Part shown: piece by piece, positions 20,298 through 29,811 of the stretch
Layout of the letters: the number at the start of each line of letters is the position of its first letter
How positions within the stretch are numbered: position 1 is the stretch's first letter
NCBI GenBank assembly: GCA_040756235.1
Contig: JBFLZG010000080.1
Span: 20,892-84,891, forward strand
DNA: 64,000 bases
Source of the DNA: a bacterium
Lineage (GTDB): Bacteria > Desulfobacterota > DSWW01
Reading direction: 5' to 3'
The notes under the pieces: generated by a model
What the model saw: only the letters and a program-made list of their open reading frames with translations
Database searches by the model: none
What the model was told of the DNA's origin: nothing
Position numbers and translations under genes: made by a program

Positions 20298-21383
20298 ATG
20301 GGCAGGATCTACTACATCGGCTCGACGAGCGCCGGATCCGGCAGAAGCCTGACCGCCTGGATGGTCGCGGAGGCGCTGCTCGGCCAGGGTCTGCGGCCCG
20401 GATTCGTCAAGTGCATCCCGGAAAGCCAGGACGGCGAGGAACAGCTCCACGAGGATGCGGACGTGGTTCTCTTCCGGGACCTGCTCGGGCGCGAGAGATC
20501 GCGGCCCCTGTGGCCGCTCCCGGCTGAAAGGACGCCGTCCCCCGGGGAGGCGCCGGGCCTGACGATCGAAGGCGCGGCAGCCAGGATCCGGGAGTGGGCC
20601 GACTCGTGGGGATCGGCCGTTGTGATGGGCTCCGCCCGGATCTTCTCGGACTCCCTCTCCCGGCCCATTTCGGAGATCAGTCTCATCCAGCGGCTCAGGG
20701 CCGAGGTCTTTCTCCTGGATCGGTACGAGGCCGAGGCAGACTCGATTTACAGCCTCCTCTCGCTCCAGTCTCTCCTCAAGGGGCTGACCCGCTGCCTGAT
20801 CCTCAACCGGGTCCCGTTCGGCCACCCTGTGGCCAGGCTGCCGGGCATTCAGAGACTCAGGGCCGGGGAGAAGCACATTCCACCCATCGCTCTCATCCCG
20901 GAGGACAGCATGCTCTCGTCGCTGTCCGTGGGAGAGATCGGCCAGGCCCTGCCCGCGCGGATCATGAGCGGAGAAGAGACGGCCGGCCGCAGGTTCTGCC
21001 GCGTGAGCCTTGGAGCGCAGCATCTCCACGGGTCCCTGCGGGTCTTCCGTCACGCCCTGGGCAGAGTCCTCCTGCTCGCGCCGCCGGACCCCGGGGCGCC
21101 GCGCCTCGACGGCATGGAAGCAGGCTCCGTCGCAGGCATCCTCCTGGCCGGGCCGCGCCTGCCGAGCCCGGCCCTGCTCGAGGCCGCGCGAGCGGCGCAC
21201 ATCTCCCTCATGCATACGGAACTGGAGAGCTTTGCCGCTCTGGAGCGCCTGCAGAACATCCTGGTTTCGGTCCGCTCGGGAGAGCGGTACAAGAAGGAGC
21301 GCTTCGCGGAGCTCGTCCTCCGGGATCTCGGCGTCCCGGATATCCTGGCCTGCAATAGAGGGGAAAGTGGCCTGGATCCGTAA
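20298..21383 (+). CDS. BioD-like/DRTGG protein resembling the N-terminal regulatory part of phosphotransacetylase
   Basis: YIGSTSAGSGRSL degenerate P-loop, ILNRVP, IPEDSMLSSLSVGEI..L.A, GILLAG..P..ALLEAA. Confidence 0.65.
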   Translation: MGRIYYIGSTSAGSGRSLTAWMVAEALLGQGLRPGFVKCIPESQDGEEQLHEDADVVLFRDLLGRERSRPLWPLPAERTPSPGEAPGLTIEGAAARIREWADSWGSAVVMGSARIFSDSLSRPISEISLIQRLRAEVFLLDRYEAEADSIYSLLSLQSLLKGLTRCLILNRVPFGHPVARLPGIQRLRAGEKHIPPIALIPEDSMLSSLSVGEIGQALPARIMSGEETAGRRFCRVSLGAQHLHGSLRVFRHALGRVLLLAPPDPGAPRLDGMEAGSVAGILLAGPRLPSPALLEAARAAHISLMHTELESFAALERLQNILVSVRSGERYKKERFAELVLRDLGVPDILACNRGESGLDP

Positions 21384-22176
21384 GATCAACCAGCTTTCCA
21401 TGTCGGAGAAACAGGGCCTGTACCGGTTTCTGATTCCTCCCGACCTGTTCGGCCGCTTCAAGGTCCACCCCCTGAGCCTGCGAGGCCTCTCGGGCGCGCG
21501 TTGCGTCCGTTTTTACTGCCCGGCCAGCGACCCGGTCGCGCTCATCGAGCTCAAGAGGGACCCCGCGGACCCGGACCCGGTCTTCTCCATCCAGGTCTCG
21601 GACAACACGGACGCCCATTCGCTCGAATGGGATTTCCTCATCGTGAACGACCCCGACGGACCACGCTTCCGCATCGACGTGGACGAGCAGGGGCGGGACA
21701 CGCTGTTCGGCCGCGCCGGCCGCAACCTCCCGGAAGAGCAAAAGGCTCTGGATGCGGGCTTGTTCCCCGGCCAGATCCGGCCCGGCCTGCGCGTCACCAG
21801 GACCGTGGTCCAATGCCTCGATCTGTTCGCGCGGACCTTCTCCGTCAAGTCGATCTTCCTCGAGGCCCTGTTCTACCACAACGCCATCCAGTACGAGCGC
21901 ATGGGCTTTACCTACTTCGAGGGATACCACCGCATGAGACGCATCCACGAGGCCTTTCAGCCCGGCGGCGTGCTCGAGCGCCGTCTGCACGGCTCGTCCC
22001 CCTTCCGTCAGCCCGGCTTCGGCGGCACCATCCGGGGCAGGAGCTGGGCCATCCACGACGGCATCCTGGACGGAGTCGAAGACGAGATCCTGGCGGATGG
22101 CTGGGCGTCCCCCCGCATGTACCGCATGACCGGCCAGCTCCACTCGGAATGCACCTTCCCGGACGCCCGATTCTGA
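21367..22176 (+). CDS. Conserved hypothetical protein, possible divergent GNAT fold
   Basis: GTG start with GAGGGG RBS, overlapping the upstream gene's end; protein-like sequence; IFLEALFYHNAIQYERMGF resembles GNAT motif B. Confidence 0.7.
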   Translation: MAWIRKINQLSMSEKQGLYRFLIPPDLFGRFKVHPLSLRGLSGARCVRFYCPASDPVALIELKRDPADPDPVFSIQVSDNTDAHSLEWDFLIVNDPDGPRFRIDVDEQGRDTLFGRAGRNLPEEQKALDAGLFPGQIRPGLRVTRTVVQCLDLFARTFSVKSIFLEALFYHNAIQYERMGFTYFEGYHRMRRIHEAFQPGGVLERRLHGSSPFRQPGFGGTIRGRSWAIHDGILDGVEDEILADGWASPRMYRMTGQLHSECTFPDARF

Positions 22177-22414
22177 GCGGTCCGAACCGGCAAGGGCGCC
22201 AGCATGCGTCGCCCCTACAAGAGGCGGTCCGCCCGCGTTCCCTTCGCGGGCGCAGCAAGCAGCGCCCCTACAAGAGACTCCCCCTCTTTCATGGTGGCTG
22301 TCGGAGGATGAATTCCCTCTCCCCCGCGCGCGAGGGAGGGGGAAGAGAGAGGGCCTGGGGCCCGCCGCTTGATACCTGACACCTGAAACCTGATACCCGA
22401 CACCTCTCTTCCCC

Positions 22415-22451
22415 TCTCGGTTTTTCTTACAGGTTGGAAAGATTCCCGACA
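22415..22451 (+). promoter_or_regulatory. Putative enhancer (two 17-bp TGT-N11-ACA-like boxes) for the MFS sigma-54 promoter
   Basis: TCTCGGTTTTTCTTACA-N3-TGGAAAGATTCCCGACA; matches 27839-27875. Confidence 0.6.
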
Positions 22452-22546
22452 GGCTCCTGCCCGTGCGCGGGGCGCTCGCCCGCCGGAAACCGCAAGAAAC
22501 GGCTCCCTTGAAAGTCGCAGGAACGGGGCACCGAGGCACGGCGCTC

Positions 22547-22563
22547 CTGGCATGGGCATTGCT
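22547..22563 (+). promoter_or_regulatory. Sigma-54 (-24/-12) promoter of the MFS transporter
   Basis: CTGGCATG-GGCA-TTGCT, canonical GG-N10-GC spacing, about 135 bp upstream of the ATG. Confidence 0.75.
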
Positions 22564-22696
22564 CAGCAGATCCTCAACGGTTGCAGACCGTCGACCGCGC
22601 TCGCGCCGCAGCTGCGGCCGTAGCCTTCTAAACCGGCTCTGAACGTTACCGTGACTCTGCGTCCGTCACCTTTTTGGGCAAGAGAGGGCAAAGGAG

Positions 22697-23950
22697 ATGA
22701 GTGACGACAAGTGGAAGCCCTGGCTCGTGACCCTCTCCGGCACCGGTATCAACCTGGCGCTGGGCGTGCTGTACACCTGGAGCGTGATCTCGAAGGGAAT
22801 CCCGGCCGAGTGGGGGTGGAGCGAAACCCAACGGGCCTTGCCCTATTCCGTGGCCTGTCTGGTCTTTGCCCTGATGATGGTGCCTGCAGGCCGCATGCAG
22901 GACAAGATCGGACCCCGGATGGTGGCCACCATCGGCGGCATCCTCACCGGATTGGGCCTGATCTTTGCCAGCCGGTTCACCAACATCTGGATGTTCGTCA
23001 TCGGGTTCGGTCTGCTTGCCGGTTCCGGAATCGGTTTCGGCTACGCGTCGGCGACGCCCCCTGCGGTCAAGTGGTTTCCCCCTGCCAAGACCGGCATGGT
23101 GGTCGGGATCGTGGTCGCCGGCTTCGGGCTGGCCTCGGTCTACATCTCTCCGCTCGCCAATTTTCTGATCGCGGGCTACGGCGTCCCCACGACCATGCTG
23201 ATATTCGGGATCGGCTTTCTCATCGTGGTCTGCTGCCTCTCGCAGTTTCTCTCGAACCCGCCCCCGGTGCCGACACCCAAGACCGTGGCCAAGGGCGTCG
23301 GGGCTGCCCCTGCCCCCAAGGCCAGATCCGACTTCTCGCCTTCCGAGGTCCTGAAGACCCCGGCCTTCTATCTGATCTGGATGGCCTATTTCTTCGCCGC
23401 CGGGGCGGGGCTCATGGTCATCGGTAAGCTGGCCAAGATGGTGGATGCCCAGGCCGGGTTCAAGGCCGGCTTCCTGCTCGTGGCCCTGCTGGCGATCGGC
23501 AACGCGGGCGGCCGGGTCGTCGCGGGTTTCGTCTCGGACAAGATCGGCCGCACCCGGGTGCTGGCCATCTGCGTGACCCTGCAGGCTTTGCTCATGTTCC
23601 TCATGCCGTCTCTGAGATCGGCGCCGGTCATGATCCTGTTCTCGATCCTCATGGGCTTCAATTACGGATCCAACCTCGCCATCTTTCCTTCCATAACCAA
23701 AGACTTCTTCGGCCTCAAGAACTTCGGGGTGAACTACGGGCTGGTGTTCACGGCCTGGGGCGTGGGAGGGTTCGTGCTGCCCACGATGTCCGGCATGATC
23801 TACGATGCCACGCAGAGCTTCCAGTACGCCTTTTACGCGGCAGGCGGCGTATGTCTGCTGACTCTGATGCTCTCCACCGTCATTCGCAAGCCGGCCGCCG
23901 CCGGGGAGCCGGTTCTCGTTCAGAAGAACGCGTTCGGAAGCACTTCCTAG
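22697..23950 (+). CDS. MFS transporter, oxalate:formate antiporter (OFA)-like monocarboxylate carrier
   Basis: GVLYTWSV, GRMQDKIGPR, GIGFGY, KWFP, GRVVAGFVSDKIGR, FGLKNFGVNYG; 12 TM. Confidence 0.9.
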   Translation: MSDDKWKPWLVTLSGTGINLALGVLYTWSVISKGIPAEWGWSETQRALPYSVACLVFALMMVPAGRMQDKIGPRMVATIGGILTGLGLIFASRFTNIWMFVIGFGLLAGSGIGFGYASATPPAVKWFPPAKTGMVVGIVVAGFGLASVYISPLANFLIAGYGVPTTMLIFGIGFLIVVCCLSQFLSNPPPVPTPKTVAKGVGAAPAPKARSDFSPSEVLKTPAFYLIWMAYFFAAGAGLMVIGKLAKMVDAQAGFKAGFLLVALLAIGNAGGRVVAGFVSDKIGRTRVLAICVTLQALLMFLMPSLRSAPVMILFSILMGFNYGSNLAIFPSITKDFFGLKNFGVNYGLVFTAWGVGGFVLPTMSGMIYDATQSFQYAFYAAGGVCLLTLMLSTVIRKPAAAGEPVLVQKNAFGSTS

Positions 23951-23995
23951 GGCAGCCCCTGCACAGTCTCACAGGTCTGAATCGTGGAAGAGGGA

Positions 23996-24039
23996 AAGAG
24001 GGCAGCTCCGGGCTCATCCGGAGCTGCCCTCTTCTTCTT
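23996..24039. terminator. Intrinsic terminator between the convergent MFS and porin genes
   Basis: 16-bp perfect stem aagagggcagctccgg-N6-ccggagctgccctctt followed by cttctt. Confidence 0.8.
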
Positions 24040-24117
24040 GGCGGTCACCGCCACCCCAGCCGGTTGCAGGGGCTGGTTTCAAACCTGCCCTGCCCCTGCC
24101 CGGAAGGCGTGCGTTTC

Positions 24118-25449
24118 TCAGAAGCGGAAGATCATCGAGGTCTGCGCCCGGAGCGCGTCGCCGTCCTCGAGATCCCTGTACTTGGTGCCCCACCAGGAGA
24201 GCTCGACGCCCACCCTCACGGCCGGGTTGATGTCGTAGGCGAGCATTCCCCAGCAGGTGTAGTTCCGGGTGCGGCCCCTTGTGAGCACGTCATCGCTGTC
24301 CGGGTGGTCCACGCTATACCCGAGGCTGCTCCGGAAGCCGTTCCACGGACCCAGGACGACGTTCCCCCAGCCTCCCATGGAAGCGACAGACCAGTCGCGG
24401 ATGAACGTCCCGGTCACCTTGCCGCCGTTGAGGAATTCGCCGTCGGTCGTCTCGATCACCACGCCCTGCCCGACGCCGCCCAGGTACGAATCGAGGTCCC
24501 TCCCCGTCCAGTACTCGCCCTTCAGGGTCAGCCAGTCGGTGATGACGATCAGGATGTCCGCACAGGCCGACCAGGTCTCCATATGCGTGTCGTCGCCGGT
24601 CGCGTCCTTGTCATACTCTTCCTCGCCCCAGTGACCGGAGACGCCGAAGCTCGATTTCTTGCCGTTGAACAGAGGAAAGCTCACCGCGTAGCGAGCCTGG
24701 ACGGTCGGGAATCCCGCGTCTTTCCCGGTGTCATAGGCGCTGTCCTCGGGGTTGAACGGCCCGAAGTGTCCGATCGTGCGGGCGATGGCAACTTGCGCCT
24801 GGAACTGGATGTCCTTCGCCCAAGTGAAGGTCTTGGTCCCCCGGAACTGCGGCCTGCGGTACCCGATGTTCCCGACCCACCAGCCGACCGAGTAGTTCAA
24901 GGTGTCCGGCCAGAGAGGCGACACCACGTCGCTCGTCTGGCCTGCGAGCACGCTCCATCCGGACTTGGGCCAGTCGAGCTGCAGGTAGGCGTGGCGCATC
25001 ATGGGACGGTTCTTGTTCTCCGCGCCGCCCTCGTAGAAGTCCATCTCGATCCTGCCGCCCGTCTGCATGGAGTCGATGGTGGGACCTTGCAGCATGAACC
25101 CGAAGCGCGATTCCCGGGCCGTCAGGTTGAACTGGTCGTCATCCTTATTGAGCTCCTCGGACTCGATCCAGCGGGCGTAATTTCCGGCATCGTTTGCCCG
25201 GGCCGTCATGTACGCGGCATCCCCTTTGATGAAGCCATAGAGCTCTGCACCGAACTTGCTCCTGAGGGCCGGCTTTTCCTCCGGCGCTCGAGGTTTTTCC
25301 AACTGGCTCTTGAGCTGGCTCACGTCGCTCTCGAGGCGGTCGATCCGTTCCTTGAGCTCCGCATTTTCCCGCTCCAGGGCGGTCTGCGCGTGCGCCGTTC
25401 CGATCATGAGCGCGACCGCTGTCAGGGCCGAGATCACTGTGATTCGCAT
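24118..25449 (-). CDS. DcaP-like outer-membrane porin with N-terminal coiled coil
   Basis: Signal peptide (..AHA-Q), coiled coil, YGFIKGD, SRFG, IEMDF, MRHAY, LAGQT, amphipathic strands, terminal Phe (IFRF). Confidence 0.75.
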   Translation of the reverse strand: MRITVISALTAVALMIGTAHAQTALERENAELKERIDRLESDVSQLKSQLEKPRAPEEKPALRSKFGAELYGFIKGDAAYMTARANDAGNYARWIESEELNKDDDQFNLTARESRFGFMLQGPTIDSMQTGGRIEMDFYEGGAENKNRPMMRHAYLQLDWPKSGWSVLAGQTSDVVSPLWPDTLNYSVGWWVGNIGYRRPQFRGTKTFTWAKDIQFQAQVAIARTIGHFGPFNPEDSAYDTGKDAGFPTVQARYAVSFPLFNGKKSSFGVSGHWGEEEYDKDATGDDTHMETWSACADILIVITDWLTLKGEYWTGRDLDSYLGGVGQGVVIETTDGEFLNGGKVTGTFIRDWSVASMGGWGNVVLGPWNGFRSSLGYSVDHPDSDDVLTRGRTRNYTCWGMLAYDINPAVRVGVELSWWGTKYRDLEDGDALRAQTSMIFRF

Positions 25450-25532
25450 GGACCTTTCCCCTCTGCTGCTCGAATCCGGATGAAAAAGGTATCCGCTTGA
25501 CGACGAAGGGTCCGCTGGATCTGTACAAAGGG

Positions 25533-25558
25533 AGAGCCCCTCCGAGCGGAGGGGCTCT
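25533..25558. terminator. Hairpin between acs and the porin gene
   Basis: agagcccctcc-gagc-ggaggggctct, perfect 11-bp stem. Confidence 0.55.
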
Positions 25559-25601
25559 GTCGACTCATGTTCCGGGCTCCGTGCAAAGCGAGAGCACCGC
25601 C

Positions 25602-27599
25602 CTACTTCGGTCGCGTGGCGAGCAGGTAGTCCACGACGCTCGGGTCCGCAAGTGTCGTCGTGTCCCCAAGGGCGCGCTTGTCGCTTTCTCCTTCGGCGAT
25701 CTTGCGCAGGATCCGGCGCATGATCTTGCCGGAACGGGTCTTGGGCAGGCCGTCCGCAAAATGGATCTTGTCCGGCGTGGCAATGGGCCCGATCTCCTTG
25801 CGCACGTGAGCGACGAGCTCCTTCAGCAGAGCATCGTTCTTCTCCACCCCGGCCTTGACCGTGACGAACGCATAGATGCCTTGACCTTTGATGTCGTGCG
25901 GGAAGCCGACCACCGCGCTCTCGGCCACTTTGGGATGGGAGACCAGCGCGCTCTCGATCTCGGCCGTGCCCATGCGGTGTCCGCTCACGTTGATGACGTC
26001 GTCCACGCGCCCCATGAGCCAATAATAGCCGTCTTCGTCCTTGCGCGCGCCGTCGCCGGTGAAGTAGATGCCCGGGAACATGCGGAAGTAGGTCTCGCCG
26101 AAGCGGGACGGGTCGCCGTAAACCGAGCGCATCATGCCGGGCCAGGGCTCTTCGATGCAGAGCAGGCCGCCTTCATTAACTCCGGCCTGGGCGCCCGTCT
26201 CGCGCAGGATCACGGGCTTTACGCCGAAATACGGGAGCGTCGCGCTGCCCGGCTTGAGCGGAAACGCCGCCGGAAGCGGCGTGATCAGGATGCCGCCCGT
26301 TTCGGTCTGCCACCAGGTGTCTACGATCGGACAGCGGCCCCTTCCCACGTTCGTGTGGTACCAGATCCACGCCTCGGGGTTGATCGGCTCGCCCACGCTG
26401 CCCAGGAGCCTGAGGCTGGAGAGGTCGTACTTCTTGACCCAGTCGTCCCCTTCGCGGGCCAGGGCACGGATCGCCGTCGGCGCCGTATAGAAAATAGAGA
26501 CCTTGTACTTGTCCACGGTCGCCCAGAAGCGCCCCGGGTCCGGGTAGGTGGGGACTCCTTCGAACATGACCGAGGTGGCACCATTCGCCAGCGGTCCGTA
26601 AACGATGTAGGAATGGCCGGTCACCCACCCGATGTCGGCCGTACACCAGAAGATGTCCCGGTCGTGGTAGTCGAAGATGTACTTGAAGCTGTGGGCGACG
26701 AAGACCATGTAGCCGCCGACCGTGTGGAGCACGCCCTTGGGCTTGCCGGTGGACCCGGACGTATACAGGATGAACAGGGGGTCTTCGGCATCCATCTCCT
26801 CGGGCTTGCATTCCGCGGAGGCCTCCTCCATGACCTGGTGCCACCAGAGGTCCCGGCCTTTGATCATGGATACGTCGAGGCCCGCCCTGCGGACGACGAT
26901 GCACTTGGTGACATCGACCTTCTGGCCCCTGGCAAGATCGATGGCCGCGTCCGCGTTCACCTTCTGGGGAACCGGTTTGGCTCCCCGGAACACGCCGTCG
27001 CAGGTGATGAGCGTGTGGGATTTGGCATCCACGATGCGATCCGCCAGCGCTTCGGCGCTGAAGCCGCCGAAGACGATGCTGTGGATGGCGCCGATCCGGG
27101 CGCAGGCCATCATGGAGATGGCCAGCTCGGGGATCATGGGCAGGAAGATGGTCACCCGGTCCCCCTTCTTGATCCCCATGCTCTTGAGCACATTGGCGAA
27201 CTTGCAGACCTGGTCCTTGAGCTCGCGGTAGGTGAGCTGGCGGCCTTTCTCCTTGGGGTCGTTGGGCTCCCAGATGAGGCCGACGCGGTCTCCCTTTCCG
27301 TCCTGTACGTGCCGGTCCAGGCAGTTGACCGTGATGTTCGTCTTGCCGCCTTCGAAAAACCTGACCTTGATCGGCTCGCTCTTGAAATCAAAATCCCGGA
27401 CCTTGTTCCACTTCTTGAACCAGACGAAATCCTTTGCCACGTTCCCCCAGAAGCCCTCGGGGTCCTGGATGGATCTCTGGTACATGTCCCGGTACTGGTC
27501 CATGCTCTTGACCCAAGCGTCGTCGAACCCCCTCTTGGGGGGATCAAACACACGATCTTCCAGCGCCACGGACACGATGCCTGCCTTGTCGTCGCTCAT
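25602..27599 (-). CDS. acs: Acetate--CoA ligase (AMP-forming acetyl-CoA synthetase)
   Basis: [67 protein letters not shown]. Confidence 0.97.
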   Translation of the reverse strand: MSDDKAGIVSVALEDRVFDPPKRGFDDAWVKSMDQYRDMYQRSIQDPEGFWGNVAKDFVWFKKWNKVRDFDFKSEPIKVRFFEGGKTNITVNCLDRHVQDGKGDRVGLIWEPNDPKEKGRQLTYRELKDQVCKFANVLKSMGIKKGDRVTIFLPMIPELAISMMACARIGAIHSIVFGGFSAEALADRIVDAKSHTLITCDGVFRGAKPVPQKVNADAAIDLARGQKVDVTKCIVVRRAGLDVSMIKGRDLWWHQVMEEASAECKPEEMDAEDPLFILYTSGSTGKPKGVLHTVGGYMVFVAHSFKYIFDYHDRDIFWCTADIGWVTGHSYIVYGPLANGATSVMFEGVPTYPDPGRFWATVDKYKVSIFYTAPTAIRALAREGDDWVKKYDLSSLRLLGSVGEPINPEAWIWYHTNVGRGRCPIVDTWWQTETGGILITPLPAAFPLKPGSATLPYFGVKPVILRETGAQAGVNEGGLLCIEEPWPGMMRSVYGDPSRFGETYFRMFPGIYFTGDGARKDEDGYYWLMGRVDDVINVSGHRMGTAEIESALVSHPKVAESAVVGFPHDIKGQGIYAFVTVKAGVEKNDALLKELVAHVRKEIGPIATPDKIHFADGLPKTRSGKIMRRILRKIAEGESDKRALGDTTTLADPSVVDYLLATRPK

Positions 27600-27739
27600 C
27601 TCTTGCTCCTCCTCTCGCCACCCCTTGAAACGGAACCCGGACGTTGAACCTGGAAACCGAAATGGAAGTCGCCGCACAGATGAAGGCTCGGGACGGGAGC
27701 CCTGCTGTCCTGAGAATCGGAGACACCGGTACGCTTCGG

Positions 27740-27756
27740 AGCAACGGGCATGCCAA
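27740..27756 (-). promoter_or_regulatory. Sigma-54 (-24/-12) promoter of acs
   Basis: Minus strand TTGGCATG-CCCG-TTGCT, about 140 bp upstream of the acs ATG. Confidence 0.75.
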
Positions 27757-27838
27757 GGGCCGCGAACCGGGCGCGTTACGCAATGACGTTGTAATCGAGA
27801 GGGTTAGCAGGGTCTCCCTCAAGGCTTCCGTGCAGCCC

Positions 27839-27875
27839 TGTCGGATTTTCTTACAGACTGTAAAGGATTCGGTGA
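27839..27875 (-). promoter_or_regulatory. Putative enhancer (two 17-bp boxes) upstream of the acs promoter
   Basis: TGTCGGATTTTCTTACA-N3-TGTAAAGGATTCGGTGA (plus strand). Confidence 0.6.
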
Positions 27876-28003
27876 AGCGGACGGTCACGGGTCAGGTGTC
27901 GGCAGCCGGCCGGCCGAAAGCGGCCGGCCGGCAGAAAAATTGCAATGCGCCTCATGCGCCCATAGAATGAGGCGACCTCCTTCGAGAGCTTCAGAGGACT
28001 CCC

Positions 28004-29500
28004 ATGGAAATGACCGAAAAACCGCGCATCCTGGTCGTCGACGACGACAAGATGATTCGCGAAGGGTGCGAGCGGATCCTTGCGCGAATGGGGTGCGAGG
28101 TGGCGACGGCCCCGAACGGCGAGGTGGCCCTGCGGACTCTCGAGGGAGCGTCCTTCTCGGTGGTCCTGCTGGATCTCATGATGCCGGGCATCGAAGGGTT
28201 CAAGGTCTTGACCCTCATCCGCCAATTCTGGCCCGACATCCTGGTCATCGTGATCACCGGCTATGCCACCATCGAGACCGCCATCGAGGCCATGAAGCGC
28301 GGGGCCTATGGCTTCATCCCCAAGCCTTTCGAGGGGGACCAACTGCGCGTCATGGTCGGCAGGGCCATCGAACGCAAACAACTCAAGGAAGACGTGCGGC
28401 GCATGGAGCAGGAGCGTCAGAAGACGCTTCAGGACCTGGACGCCGAAAAGAGCCGTACGCGATCCGTGGTGCTCGCGATGCCGGACGGCGTGGCCGTAAC
28501 GGACCCCGAGGGCGTGGTCGTACTGATGAATCCGGCTTTCCTGCGGCTGCTCTCCCTGGAGCCCTCCAGGCGGCCCGGGGAGCCGATCTCCGCCTACCTG
28601 CCCGATGCGGAGCTGTGCAGGCAGCTTCTCGAGGTATCCAGGGGCCGTCTCGATGATCCGACGCAAGGCATCTCCTACGAGTTCTCGCCGCGCGAGGAAA
28701 AGTTCCTGCTCGCCCATATGACCCCGGTCCTGAGTGAAACCGGAGAGTGCCGGGGCGCGGTGACGGTGCTCGTGGACGTGACCCACTTGAAAGCTCTGGA
28801 CCGGATCAAATCCGCATTCGTCGCCCAGGTCTCCCATGAGCTCCGCTCCCCACTGTCCACCATCCACCAACAGCTTGCCGTGGTCCTGAACGAGCTGGTG
28901 GCCGAGGTGCCGGAAGAGCAAAGAAACATCTTGGCCCGCGCCAAGGAGAAGACCTTGGGGCTCATCGCCCTCATCGGCGATCTGCTCGATCTGTCGCGGA
29001 TCGAGGCGGGCGTCCATCTCAAGGAGCCCAAACCGATCGCCCTCGAGGAACTCCTGAAAGGGGTCGTGGACTTCCTGTTCGCCCGGGCAAAAGGACGGCA
29101 GCAGACTCTGACCCTGGAGCTCCCGCAGGAGAAGCTGCCTCTCGTGGACGGAGACCCGCTGGCCCTGGAGAGCGTCTTCGGCAACTTGATCACGAATGCC
29201 ATCAACTACACGCAGGACGGGGGCGAGATCCGGGTCCGGGCCGCCCGTGACGGCGGGCAAATCCGTGTCGCGGTCCAGGACAACGGGATCGGCATCGAAG
29301 AAAAACACCTGGCAAAGATCTTCGAGAGGTTCTACCGGGTCAAGAACGAGAAGACGCGGGCCATCACCGGCACCGGGCTCGGGCTCTCCATCGTCAAAGG
29401 GATCGTCGACGGCCTGGGGGGGAGCATCTCGGTCGAAAGCCGGCCCGGGGCCGGCAGCACCTTTACCGTCTCCCTACCGCCCTCCCGGTCGTCCGGTTGA
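28004..29500 (+). CDS. Hybrid receiver-PAS-histidine kinase
   Basis: LVVDDD, LLDLMMP, FIPKPF receiver; PAS; SHELRSPL, NAINY, DNGIGI, GTGLGL. Confidence 0.93.
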   Translation: MEMTEKPRILVVDDDKMIREGCERILARMGCEVATAPNGEVALRTLEGASFSVVLLDLMMPGIEGFKVLTLIRQFWPDILVIVITGYATIETAIEAMKRGAYGFIPKPFEGDQLRVMVGRAIERKQLKEDVRRMEQERQKTLQDLDAEKSRTRSVVLAMPDGVAVTDPEGVVVLMNPAFLRLLSLEPSRRPGEPISAYLPDAELCRQLLEVSRGRLDDPTQGISYEFSPREEKFLLAHMTPVLSETGECRGAVTVLVDVTHLKALDRIKSAFVAQVSHELRSPLSTIHQQLAVVLNELVAEVPEEQRNILARAKEKTLGLIALIGDLLDLSRIEAGVHLKEPKPIALEELLKGVVDFLFARAKGRQQTLTLELPQEKLPLVDGDPLALESVFGNLITNAINYTQDGGEIRVRAARDGGQIRVAVQDNGIGIEEKHLAKIFERFYRVKNEKTRAITGTGLGLSIVKGIVDGLGGSISVESRPGAGSTFTVSLPPSRSSG

Positions 29501-29606
29501 GCGGCAGGCGGAGCGTGTCCACCAGCCGCGGCTCAAGGCTGCGAGCGCGGCGTCTCGCTGCAACCGCAAGCAAGACTGCCAGCGACCGAGAAATCCGCTT
29601 CTGTTT

Positions 29607-29762
29607 CCCCCTCACCCTGCCCCTCTCCCCCGAACGCGGGGGAGAGGGGATTCGACCGCACGGCGCCCGCCGCCCCCACGCAACATTTGCTGCTGAAGAG
29701 ACCCTTGCGGAGGTTTCGAGTTTTCATTCCTTCTCCCCTGGCCGAGGGGAGAAGGTCAGGAT
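29607..29762. repeat. Family C palindromic repeats (two copies)
   Basis: cccctcaccctgcccctctccccc..gggagagggg and ccttctcccc..ggggagaaggtcaggatg. Confidence 0.7.
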
Positions 29763-29811
29763 GAAAGGTGAATCTGCTCCTGCTTCCCCACCCAGATTCA
29801 TCACCCCCGGG

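Noticed and set aside
24118..26022. 634-aa version of the porin ORF, and the 817-aa version of opgG
   Set aside because: The extensions overlap upstream genes; signal peptides start at 25449 and 31491.
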